From Acidimicrobiia bacterium (GTDB lineage: Bacteria; Actinomycetota; Acidimicrobiia; Acidimicrobiales; VFJN01), in NCBI GenBank assembly GCA_009694375.1, contig SHVB01000008.1, positions 45,743 through 109,742 of the forward strand: DNA of 64,000 nucleotides. Reading direction: 5' to 3'. Below, in pieces: positions 30,801 to 38,662 of this stretch. The notes under the pieces were generated by a model. It did no database searches. It saw only the letters and a program-made list of their open reading frames with translations, and was not told the origin of the DNA. The translations under genes and the position numbers were made by a program. Each line of letters begins with the position of its first letter. Position 1 is the first letter of the stretch.

Positions 30801-31903
30801 GTGTTACGGCGCGCGCCCTGGCGCTCGATGCCCTCGAGCGCATCGAGCGCGACGGTGCCTACGCCAACCTGTTGTTACCCGAGATGCTCAGCCGCACCGG
30901 CTTGGCGCCGCGCGACCGTAACTTCGCTACCGAACTCGTCTACGGCGGCACCCGCATGCGTCGGGCCTGCGACTTCCTCGTGGACCGCTTCTTGACCCGT
31001 GACATCGAGCCCCGGGTGCGCAACGCGTTGCGCCTGGGGGCCTACCAACTGCACTTTCTCGCCATGAAGCCCCACGCCGCCGTGGGGGAAACGGTGGAGG
31101 TGACGCCCAAGGCGGCCCGCGGCCTCGTGAACGCCGTGTTGCGTCGCGTGGCTGAGCATCCGGTGATCTGGCCCGATGACGCCACCCGGTTGAGTTATCC
31201 AGACTGGATTGTGGCGGCTCTCGAAGCCGACTTGGGGAAGGAGGCCGCCCACGCCGCGCTGGCGGTCATGAACGAAGCGCCCTCGGTGACCGAGCGCTCC
31301 GATGGCTACGTGCAGGACCTCGCCTCGCAGTGGGTGGCAACGGCGGTGGGGGCCCAGGACGGTGATCGGGTGGCCGATCTCTGCGCCGCCCCGGGGGGTA
31401 AGGCCACCATGCTGGCCGCCACCGGCGCCCGGGTGGTGGCGGCTGACATCCGACCCGGACGCGTCGGCCTCATCAGGAGCAACGCTCCGGGCTTGGCCGT
31501 GCTGGCCGCTGACGCGGCCCGCCCGCCCTTTGCACCGGGCTGCTTTGATCGGGTGCTCATCGATGCCCCCTGTTCGGGCCTCGGCACGCTCCGGAGGCGC
31601 CCGGATGCTCGCTGGCGAATCGACGCGGCTGCCCCGGCGCGCCTAGCGGCGGTTCAGAAACAATTGGTGAGCGCGGCCGTCGGTCTGCTTCGTCCGGGTG
31701 GAACCCTCGTTTACGCCGTGTGCACCTTGACCGACGCCGAAGGTCGTGGGATCGACGATCATCTCGCCGCCACGTCTCCGGAACTGGAACCGCTCGAGCC
31801 GCTTTCGGCTCCGTGGGAGCGGTGCGGGCGTGGCCTCCGTCTGCTGCCTCAAGCCGCCGGCACCGATGGGATGTACCTCCTGCGGCTTCGTCGCCGGGCC
31901 TGA
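30797..31903 (+). CDS. rsmB: 16S rRNA (cytosine-C5) methyltransferase RsmB/Sun-like
   Basis: NusB-like N-domain plus DLCAAPGGKAT and DAPCSGLGTLRRRPD motifs. GTGA overlap with fmt. Confidence 0.88.
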   Translation: MSVTARALALDALERIERDGAYANLLLPEMLSRTGLAPRDRNFATELVYGGTRMRRACDFLVDRFLTRDIEPRVRNALRLGAYQLHFLAMKPHAAVGETVEVTPKAARGLVNAVLRRVAEHPVIWPDDATRLSYPDWIVAALEADLGKEAAHAALAVMNEAPSVTERSDGYVQDLASQWVATAVGAQDGDRVADLCAAPGGKATMLAATGARVVAADIRPGRVGLIRSNAPGLAVLAADAARPPFAPGCFDRVLIDAPCSGLGTLRRRPDARWRIDAAAPARLAAVQKQLVSAAVGLLRPGGTLVYAVCTLTDAEGRGIDDHLAATSPELEPLEPLSAPWERCGRGLRLLPQAAGTDGMYLLRLRRRA

Positions 31904-31930
31904 GGGAACCGCGCGGGGCAGACTGGCGCG

Positions 31931-32398
31931 ATGGTGCTGCTGGCGAAGGTAATCACGGTGTCCGATGGGGTGGCGGAAGGGTCGCGGGAAGACCGCTCCG
32001 GGGCGGCCCTCGAGGCCTATCTGAGCGAGGCCGGGTTTACGGTGGTGGCCCGCATCGTGACCGCCGATGGTGTCGAGGCCGTGGCGGAGACACTGGGTGC
32101 GGCCTGTGCGGGATTTGCCGGCCTCGTGGTGACCACGGGGGGTACCGGCTTTGGACCCCGGGATCTCACGCCGGAGGGCACGCGGGCGGTGATGGACCGT
32201 GAGGCGCCGGGGTTGGCCGAGGCCATGCGCCTCGTCAGTCCGTTGGGGCGCCTCTCGCGAGCGGTGGCGGGCACAGTGGGTGCCTGCCTCGTGGTGAACA
32301 CGCCGGGATCATCCACGGGGTGCATCGAGACGCTGGCGGCCGTGGTGGATGTCGTACCCCATGCGTTGGACCTGTTGCAGGGAGGCCGACCCCATTAG
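31931..32398 (+). CDS. mog: MogA/MoaB-family molybdenum cofactor biosynthesis protein
   Basis: TVSDG and TTGGTGFGPRDLTPE motifs. Confidence 0.85.
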   Translation: MVLLAKVITVSDGVAEGSREDRSGAALEAYLSEAGFTVVARIVTADGVEAVAETLGAACAGFAGLVVTTGGTGFGPRDLTPEGTRAVMDREAPGLAEAMRLVSPLGRLSRAVAGTVGACLVVNTPGSSTGCIETLAAVVDVVPHALDLLQGGRPH

Positions 32399-32423
32399 GG
32401 CGGACGAGGCCAATCCTCGGTGG

Positions 32424-32443
32424 AACTAGAACGTGTTCTAGTT
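32424..32443. promoter_or_regulatory. perfect AT-rich inverted repeat AACTAGAAC-GT-GTTCTAGTT (TetR/KstR-type operator-like)
   Basis: 9-bp perfect arms. The core TAGAACGTGTTCTA fits TnnAACnnGTTnnA. It lies between the mog stop (32398) and the FMN riboswitch, inside a possible TGGAAC-N18-TAGGGT promoter. Confidence 0.4.
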
Positions 32444-32467
32444 GTAGGGTGAAGGCACAATTGAGCA

Positions 32468-32594
32468 AACCCTCGCGGGGTTGGGTGAAACTCCCGACCG
32501 GCGGTGTAGCCCGCGAACCTCCCCACCACCAGTGGGGCGGCCGATCCGGTGTGAATCCGGAGCCGACGGTGAAAGTCCGGATGGGAGCGAGGAC
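32468..32594 (+). ncRNA. FMN riboswitch (RFN element)
   Basis: Conserved RFN blocks: GGGGUUGGGUGAAACUCCCGACCGGCGGU..AGCCCGCGA and GAUCCGGUGUGAAUCCGGAGCCGACGGUGAAAGUCCGGAUGGGAG. The P1 stem pairs CCUCGC (32471-76) with GCGAGG (32587-92). It lies upstream of ribD. Confidence 0.9.
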
Positions 32595-32663
32595 GCCCGG
32601 TGGTCGACCTTCGGTCGGCGGCCGTCGTCACCCCGCGCGTGGCCGAGCCAGCCCGGAGATGAC

Positions 32664-33674
32664 ATGACCACCGCATCCGATACCGAGCGCATGACCCGAG
32701 CCCTCGTGTTGGCGGCCGCCGTGCGGGCCGCCGCCCCCCCGAATCCCTGGGTGGGTTGCGTGATCGAAACGCCCACCGGCGACGTGTTCGAGGGGGCGAC
32801 CCACGCCGTCGGGGGTCCGCACGCCGAGGCGGTAGCCCTGGCGACGGCGACCGGCCACGATCTCGCCGGCGCCACGGCCTGGGTCACCCTCGAGCCCTGC
32901 TCTCATGCCGGACGGACGCCGCCGTGTGTGGATGCCCTCATCGCCGCCGGCGTGGCCCGGGTGGTGATCGGCCTGGAAGATCCCGATACCCGAGTGCAGG
33001 GTCGGGGGATTGAGCGGCTGATGGCGGCGGGCATCGATGTGATCGTGGGGGTGCTCGCCGACGAGGGCGCCCGCCTGCTGGCGCCTTACCTCCATCACCG
33101 CCGGACCGGTCGTCCCTACGTGGTCCTCAAGACCGCAACGTCCCTCGACGGCCGTACCGCCGCCCCCGACGGGTCCAGCCAGTGGATCACTGGGCCCGCG
33201 GCCCGGGCGGATGGCCACGGCCTGCGCGCCGAGAGCGACAGCATTCTGGTGGGCGCCGGTACCGTGCGGATCGACGACCCCAGCCTGACCGTGCGCGACG
33301 CCCCCGCCCCGCGCGGCGACCCGGTGCGGGTGGTGCTCGGCGAGGCACCCGCCACCGCCCGGGTGCACCCGTGTCTTGAACGCGGCGGTGATCTCGGAGC
33401 GGTGCTCGACGAACTCGGCGCCCTGGGCCATCTCCAACTCCTCGTCGAGGGTGGTCCCACCGTGGCTCACGCCTTTCATGCCGCCGGGCTCGTGAACCGC
33501 TACGTCGTCTATGTCGCCCCCTGCCTCTTGGGGGGCGACGATGCGCCCGGCGTTTTCAGCGGCCCCGGTGCCCCGCGCCTGGACACCATCACCCGGGGTC
33601 GGATTCAGTCGGTGCGACGGCTCGGCGAAGATCTTCGTATCGATCTGGTACCCCACCCCTCGGAGGCCCCCTGA
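32664..33674 (+). CDS. ribD: bifunctional riboflavin biosynthesis deaminase/reductase RibD
   Basis: Deaminase zinc motif HAEAVAL...TLEPCSHAGRTPPC plus a reductase domain. GGAG SD lies 6 nt before ATG 32664. The track start at 32481 runs through the riboswitch. Confidence 0.92.
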   Translation: MTTASDTERMTRALVLAAAVRAAAPPNPWVGCVIETPTGDVFEGATHAVGGPHAEAVALATATGHDLAGATAWVTLEPCSHAGRTPPCVDALIAAGVARVVIGLEDPDTRVQGRGIERLMAAGIDVIVGVLADEGARLLAPYLHHRRTGRPYVVLKTATSLDGRTAAPDGSSQWITGPAARADGHGLRAESDSILVGAGTVRIDDPSLTVRDAPAPRGDPVRVVLGEAPATARVHPCLERGGDLGAVLDELGALGHLQLLVEGGPTVAHAFHAAGLVNRYVVYVAPCLLGGDDAPGVFSGPGAPRLDTITRGRIQSVRRLGEDLRIDLVPHPSEAP

Positions 33675-34249
33675 TGTTCACCGGAATCATCGAGGAACTC
33701 GGTACGGTGCTGTCCCGCCAAGGCCCGCGGCTTCGCATCGGAGCCCACACCGTGCTCGAGGACGTGACCATGGGTGCCTCCATCGCCGTGAACGGCACCT
33801 GCCTCACCGTGGTGGGGTGGTCGGTGGAGGAGGGGTGGTGGGAGGCCGATGTGGTGGAAGAGTCCTACGCCCGCACCGCCCTCGGAGCGCTTGACGCGGG
33901 CCACCGGGTGAATCTGGAGCGACCGGTGCGCATGAGCGACCGTCTCGGAGGACACCTGGTCCAGGGGCACGTAGACGGGGTGGGCACCATCGTGGTGGGT
34001 GCGCCGGATCTACGGATTCGGTGTGCCACGGGCCTTCTGCGCTACATCGTGGAGAAGGGTTCCATCACCATCGACGGCATCAGCCTCACCGTGGTGGTTC
34101 CCACCCCCGAAGGCTTTACCGTGGCGGTCATTCCGCACACCGCCGCCGTCACCACCCTCGGTCTGAAAGGCCCCGGCGATCCCGTGAATCTTGAAGTCGA
34201 CATCACGGCCAAGTACGTGGAACGGCTTCTCTCCTGGAAGGATGACTGA
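33674..34249 (+). CDS. ribE: riboflavin synthase (alpha chain)
   Basis: MFTGIIEELG start and the internal duplication typical of riboflavin synthase. Confidence 0.93.
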   Translation: MFTGIIEELGTVLSRQGPRLRIGAHTVLEDVTMGASIAVNGTCLTVVGWSVEEGWWEADVVEESYARTALGALDAGHRVNLERPVRMSDRLGGHLVQGHVDGVGTIVVGAPDLRIRCATGLLRYIVEKGSITIDGISLTVVVPTPEGFTVAVIPHTAAVTTLGLKGPGDPVNLEVDITAKYVERLLSWKDD

Positions 34250-34250
34250 C

Positions 34251-35471
34251 ATGGCCTTTGCTCGGATCGAAGATGCGGTGGAGGCCTATGCCCGGGGAGA
34301 GATCCTCGTGGTGGTGGACGACGAGGATCGCGAGAACGAAGGCGACCTGATCCAAGCGGCGGAGTTCGCCACCGCCGAGAGCATCGCCTTTTTCCTCCAT
34401 CACACCTCGGGCTACCTCTGTGCTCCCATCACCGCCGAACGGGCCGCCGAACTCGACCTCCCGCCGATGGTGGCGGAAAATACCGAGAGTCAGCGCACCG
34501 CGTTCCTCGTGACGGTGGACTACCGCCACGGCACTTCCACCGGCATTTCCGCCCACGATCGCTGCGCCACCGTACGGGCCCTATGCGACCCGACCATCCG
34601 TCCGGGCGATCTGGCCCGACCGGGCCACATCAACCCGCTCATGGCCCGCGAGGGCGGGGTGCTCAAACGCGCTGGCCACACCGAGGCCACCGTGGACCTG
34701 TGCCGAATGGCGGGGTTGTACCCAGCCGGCTTGCTCTGCGAGATCGTGGACTCGGACAAACAAGACATGGCGCGCGTTCCCGAACTCGAACGCTTTGCCG
34801 AGCAGCACGGTCTGCTCATGATCTCCATCGCCGATCTCGTGCGTTACCGACGCCAGAACGAGAAACTGGTGCGCCGCATCGGCGAGGCCCGTATTCCCAC
34901 GCAGTGGGGCGATTTCACCTGCTACGCCTACGAGTCGCTCCTCGACGGCGAACAGCACGTGGCCATGGTGAAGGGAACGGTGGCGGGGGAAGCCAACGTG
35001 CTGGTTCGGGTGCACAGTGAATGTCTCACCGGCGACGTGTTCGGTTCGCTGCGCTGCGACTGCGGCGTCCAACTCGACTCGGCCATGGCAATCATGGCCG
35101 AGGAAGGCCATGGCGTGGTGGTCTATCTGCGTGGCCATGAAGGGCGCGGCATCGGCATTGGTCACAAGATCCGGGCGTACGGGCTCCAAGAGAAAGGCCG
35201 GGACACGGTGGACGCCAATCTGGATCTGGGGCTTCCCGAGGACAGCCGTGAGTACGGCATCGGAGCACAGATTCTTGTGGACTTGGGCGTAACCACCATG
35301 CGGATCATCACCAACAACCCGAGCAAATACGGCGGCCTCGAAGGCTTCGGTCTGGAGATCACCGAGCGGGTGCCCTCGATCGTGTCGGTGAACCCGGAGA
35401 ACTTGGCCTACCTGCGCACCAAACGCGAGCGGATGGGTCATCTCCTCGAGGGTCTGGACGACGTGTTGTGA
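34251..35471 (+). CDS. ribBA: bifunctional 3,4-dihydroxy-2-butanone-4-phosphate synthase / GTP cyclohydrolase II
   Basis: DDEDRENEGDL (RibB) and VRVHSECLTGDVFGSLRCDCG (RibA). Start taken at ATG 34251, right after the ribE stop. Confidence 0.93.
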   Translation: MAFARIEDAVEAYARGEILVVVDDEDRENEGDLIQAAEFATAESIAFFLHHTSGYLCAPITAERAAELDLPPMVAENTESQRTAFLVTVDYRHGTSTGISAHDRCATVRALCDPTIRPGDLARPGHINPLMAREGGVLKRAGHTEATVDLCRMAGLYPAGLLCEIVDSDKQDMARVPELERFAEQHGLLMISIADLVRYRRQNEKLVRRIGEARIPTQWGDFTCYAYESLLDGEQHVAMVKGTVAGEANVLVRVHSECLTGDVFGSLRCDCGVQLDSAMAIMAEEGHGVVVYLRGHEGRGIGIGHKIRAYGLQEKGRDTVDANLDLGLPEDSREYGIGAQILVDLGVTTMRIITNNPSKYGGLEGFGLEITERVPSIVSVNPENLAYLRTKRERMGHLLEGLDDVL

Positions 35472-35962
35472 CCACGGGGGATCACGGCGCCGCCGCCCCA
35501 CCGGGTCTTGACGGCACCGGATTGCGGATCGGCGTAGTCCGGGCCCGGTGGAACTCGCCCGTCGTGGACCGTCTCGCGGCCGGGGTGGGGCGCGGCTTGG
35601 CGGGCCTCGGGGTGCGGCCCGAAGACGTAGTGGATGTGGAAGTGCCGGGCAGTTTCGAGCTTCCGATGGGGGCTCGCCTCCTGGCCGCATCCGGGAAGGT
35701 CGACGCGGTGATCTGCCTCGGCTCGGTGATCCGGGGGGAGACGTCGCATTACGAACTCGTAGCCGGCCAAGCCGCGGCGGGGATTCAGGAGGTGCAACTC
35801 GCCACGGGGGTACCGGTGGCCTTTGGCATCCTTACTACCGAGGATGAAGCCCAGGCCCTCGCCCGGTCCGAGGACGCCGAGGGCCACAACGTGGGCTACG
35901 ACACCGCCGTGGTGGCCGTAGAGATGGCGCGCCTCGCGCAGCAGTATCCCTGCTCGTCCTGA
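35468..35962 (+). CDS. ribH: 6,7-dimethyl-8-ribityllumazine synthase
   Basis: VEVPGSFELP and GSVIRGETSHYE motifs. Confidence 0.93.
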   Translation: MTTGDHGAAAPPGLDGTGLRIGVVRARWNSPVVDRLAAGVGRGLAGLGVRPEDVVDVEVPGSFELPMGARLLAASGKVDAVICLGSVIRGETSHYELVAGQAAAGIQEVQLATGVPVAFGILTTEDEAQALARSEDAEGHNVGYDTAVVAVEMARLAQQYPCSS

Positions 35963-36010
35963 CCGAAAGGGCACTACGGTCGGGGCCCACGATCGCACCG
36001 AGGGGGATCC

Positions 36011-36820
36011 GTGTTCGCCCGCACCATCTTTTGTTGTTTCACAATCGTGCTACTGGCCACGGGTTGTGGGGGAAAGGACGACTCCGCGTCGACCCCCACC
36101 GAGCCCACCTCGGCCCCGTTAGCGCCCCTCACCGTGTTGGTGACCAACGACGACGGAATCGGTGCCCCTGGCCTCGATACGCTCGTGTCCGTGCTGGGGG
36201 AGATGGAAGGCGTCGAGGTGGTCGTGGTGGCCCCGGCGGAGAATCAGAGCGGCACCTCCGACACGACCACCGCGGGAGCCGTCGTCCACCGCCCCGGTGC
36301 CACCGCCAGCGGCGTGGCGGGCACCGCAGTGGAGGGCTATCCGGCCGATGCGGTGAAGGTGGCCCTCGACGAACTGGCGCTGGTGCCCGATCTGGTGGTG
36401 TCGGGGGTGAACGAGGGGCAGAACGTGGCCAATTTCGCTCAGGTGTCGGGCACGGTGGGGGCGGCTCGCACCGCACTGCGCCGGGGTATCCCCGCGGTGG
36501 CATCGAGCGCCGGGCTGGGTCCGCTGGCCAACTTCAACGCCGGTGCCACGCTGGTGGCGGATTGGATCACCGCGCATCGCGACGAACTGGCGAAGGGAAC
36601 CGCCCAGACGGCCACGGTCACCAGTTTCAACGTGCCCGGATGTACCGTCGGCACCGCCAAGGCCGTGATCGAGGCACCCCTTGCCCCGGCCGTACCGGCG
36701 AATGTGAATGTATTCGTGACCGCCAACTGCGACCTCGTGCCCGCCACGGCCCCCACCAACGATGCGGAAGCCCTGATGGGCGGCTACCTGGTCATGACTC
36801 CCGTACCTGCCGAGTTGTAG
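36011..36820 (+). CDS. SurE-like 5'/3'-nucleotidase with N-terminal lipoprotein-type signal
   Basis: The SurE metal motif VLVTNDDGIGAPGL is preceded by MFARTIFCCFTIVLLATGCGG. GTG start with GAGGGGG upstream. Confidence 0.75.
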   Translation: MFARTIFCCFTIVLLATGCGGKDDSASTPTEPTSAPLAPLTVLVTNDDGIGAPGLDTLVSVLGEMEGVEVVVVAPAENQSGTSDTTTAGAVVHRPGATASGVAGTAVEGYPADAVKVALDELALVPDLVVSGVNEGQNVANFAQVSGTVGAARTALRRGIPAVASSAGLGPLANFNAGATLVADWITAHRDELAKGTAQTATVTSFNVPGCTVGTAKAVIEAPLAPAVPANVNVFVTANCDLVPATAPTNDAEALMGGYLVMTPVPAEL

Positions 36821-36878
36821 CGGCTTCAGGACCAACGCGTTTCTTGCTGACCGCTCGCAGGCTCTACCCTCCACAGTC

Positions 36879-37754
36879 GTGCTTCGTCTCGTGCTTCCCA
36901 AGGGTTCCTTAGAAAAGTCCACGCTCGAGCTTTTCGAGGCCGCCGACCTGCGAGTGGAACGGTCATCGGTCGTCGATTACAAGGCATCGATCAACGATCC
37001 CCGGATCAACGAGGTGCGAATCCTGCGCCCCCAGGAGATTCCCGGGTATGTGGCCGAGGGACTGTTCGACCTGGGGATCGCGGGCCGTGATTGGGTGGAG
37101 GAAACATCCAGTGACGTGGTCATCCTCGGCGAGCTCAAGTATTCCAAGGCCACCAGCCGCCCCTTCACGATCGTGCTGGCGGTGCCGCAAGACTCGCCCG
37201 TCAACGACGTCACCGACCTTCCCCCCGGGGTGCGGGTGTCCACGGAATACCCCGAGCTCACGCGGCAGTTCTTCGAGACCCACGGCATCGAGGCCGACAT
37301 TCGCCTCAGTTACGGCGCCACCGAGGCCAAGGTCCCCGACATCGTGGACTGCATCGTGGACGGTACCGAGACCGGTCGGGCCCTGCGCGCCGGCGGCCTG
37401 AAGATCGTGAACGAGGTGCTCGTTAGTTATACGGCGCTCGTGGCGAACCCCGCCGCCGCCGCCGATTCCGAGAAACGTCACGCCATGGAGCAGATCAAAA
37501 CCCTGCTGGATGGAGTGATGGAAGCGCGAGAGAAGGTCCTCGTGAAACTCAACGTGTCGAGCACCGACCGCGACGCCGTGATCGCCATCCTGCCGGCGAT
37601 GAAGGCCCCCACTGTGTCGCAATTGTTCGGTGACGGCGGTTACGCCATTGAGACCGTGGTGCCGAAAGCCACGATCAACACGCTGATTCCCGCCCTGAAA
37701 GACGCGGGGGCCACCGACATCATTGAACTGGCATTGGCCAAGATCGTGCATTGA
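36879..37754 (+). CDS. hisG: ATP phosphoribosyltransferase (long form)
   Basis: MLRLVLPKGSL start, the HisG catalytic region, and a C-terminal regulatory domain. Confidence 0.92.
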   Translation: MLRLVLPKGSLEKSTLELFEAADLRVERSSVVDYKASINDPRINEVRILRPQEIPGYVAEGLFDLGIAGRDWVEETSSDVVILGELKYSKATSRPFTIVLAVPQDSPVNDVTDLPPGVRVSTEYPELTRQFFETHGIEADIRLSYGATEAKVPDIVDCIVDGTETGRALRAGGLKIVNEVLVSYTALVANPAAAADSEKRHAMEQIKTLLDGVMEAREKVLVKLNVSSTDRDAVIAILPAMKAPTVSQLFGDGGYAIETVVPKATINTLIPALKDAGATDIIELALAKIVH

Positions 37755-37948
37755 TGGAAGGGCTCGTGACCACCTTCGACGACCATCGCGGGTTGGGCTC
37801 CATCCGAGGTGAGCAGAGGGACTTTCCGTTCCATTGCACCGCCCTGCTCGACGGCAGTCGGGAGGTGGCGGTGGGCGCGGCGGTGGCCTTTGCGGTGCGT
37901 CCCGGCGGGCAGGGTCGCTGGGAAGCCACCCAGATTGCCAAACTCTGA
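37754..37948 (+). CDS. small cold-shock-domain-like protein with degenerate RNP motifs
   Basis: Collinear with CspA (GLVTTFDDHRGLGSI...FPFHC). The TGATG overlap with hisG suggests translational coupling. Confidence 0.5.
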   Translation: MEGLVTTFDDHRGLGSIRGEQRDFPFHCTALLDGSREVAVGAAVAFAVRPGGQGRWEATQIAKL

Positions 37949-37958
37949 GGCGAGGTTG

Positions 37959-38390
37959 CTACTGGGTGGAGCCCTGGGTTCCGACTCGGTTATGTACGTC
38001 GAGATAGGCGGCCCGGAGCTGCCCGAGGGCATCGCGGAGGGTGGGTTCGGCCTCGCCGAGGCGGCCCTCGAGCCCCTCGACCAGGGCGGCGAGGGCATCC
38101 ACCGCCAGGCTGGCCTCCACCAACTGGGGTGGCTCGCTCATGAGGTGGATGGCGGCGAGTTCGTACATCCCCATGGCGTGGTTGGCCACCACCACGGCGG
38201 CGGGTGCCGCCAGCAATTCCCGGCGGACTTCCTCCATCTCGGCCTGCATCGCCGCCAGGCGGGCCTGCTCTTCGGGGGGGAGATCCCCAGAGGGCTGGGC
38301 TGGATCAGAGCTCGGCGGGGCGGTCTCCGTGGGCGCGGGCGTGGGGCGGGGGGGCACGGGATGGTCTCCACCGGGTGTCCATAGGCTCAT
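37959..38390 (-). CDS. DUF1844-like protein
   Basis: VVVANHAMGMYELAAIHL...EASLAVDALAALVEGL pattern. GAGGAG SD lies 8 nt before ATG 38390. The track start at 38468 has no support. Confidence 0.65.
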   Translation of the reverse strand: MSLWTPGGDHPVPPRPTPAPTETAPPSSDPAQPSGDLPPEEQARLAAMQAEMEEVRRELLAAPAAVVVANHAMGMYELAAIHLMSEPPQLVEASLAVDALAALVEGLEGRLGEAEPTLRDALGQLRAAYLDVHNRVGTQGSTQ

Positions 38391-38548
38391 CGGTGCACTC
38401 CTCGGGTTGTGGTGCGTCGGAACATCGTCGTACCCTATGCCCCGTAACTGAAAACAGAAGCGGGGCATCGCCCCCGCCCAGCCACCATTTAGGGTGCGTT
38501 GGGTCGACCAAGGTCAATCACTCCTGCGGGTAGTCCGTTGTGGTGCGC

Positions 38549-38588
38549 GGCGGATGTCGGCTTCTCCGACATCCGCCTTGTTGTTTTT
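38549..38588 (+). terminator. intrinsic terminator inside the infC 5' leader (candidate attenuator)
   Basis: GGCGGATGTCGG-cttct-CCGACATCCGCC forms a 12-bp perfect stem, followed by TTGTTGTTTTT. It is functional only on the + strand and lies ~75 nt upstream of the infC start. Confidence 0.7.
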
Positions 38589-38662
38589 GGGCGGCATCGG
38601 TCGGTGAGCCAACCCATTCCGCGCCCAGGAGGTAGCAGCGCCTACATGAACAGGATTTCCCA

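Noticed and set aside
32428-32439. GAAC..GTTC core of the 32424-32443 palindrome considered as a LexA/Cheo SOS box
   Set aside because: The Gram-positive/actinobacterial SOS box is GAAC-N4-GTTC. Here the half-sites are separated by only 2 nt (GAACGTGTTC), so it does not fit.
32595-32663. Possible terminator in the FMN riboswitch expression platform (hairpin GTCGACC-TTC-GGTCGGC at ~32603-32619)
   Set aside because: The stem is short with a 3-nt loop and no U-tract follows. Control is more likely at translation initiation, as is common for actinobacterial RFN elements, but I could not identify a convincing SD-sequestering helix by eye, so no feature is annotated.
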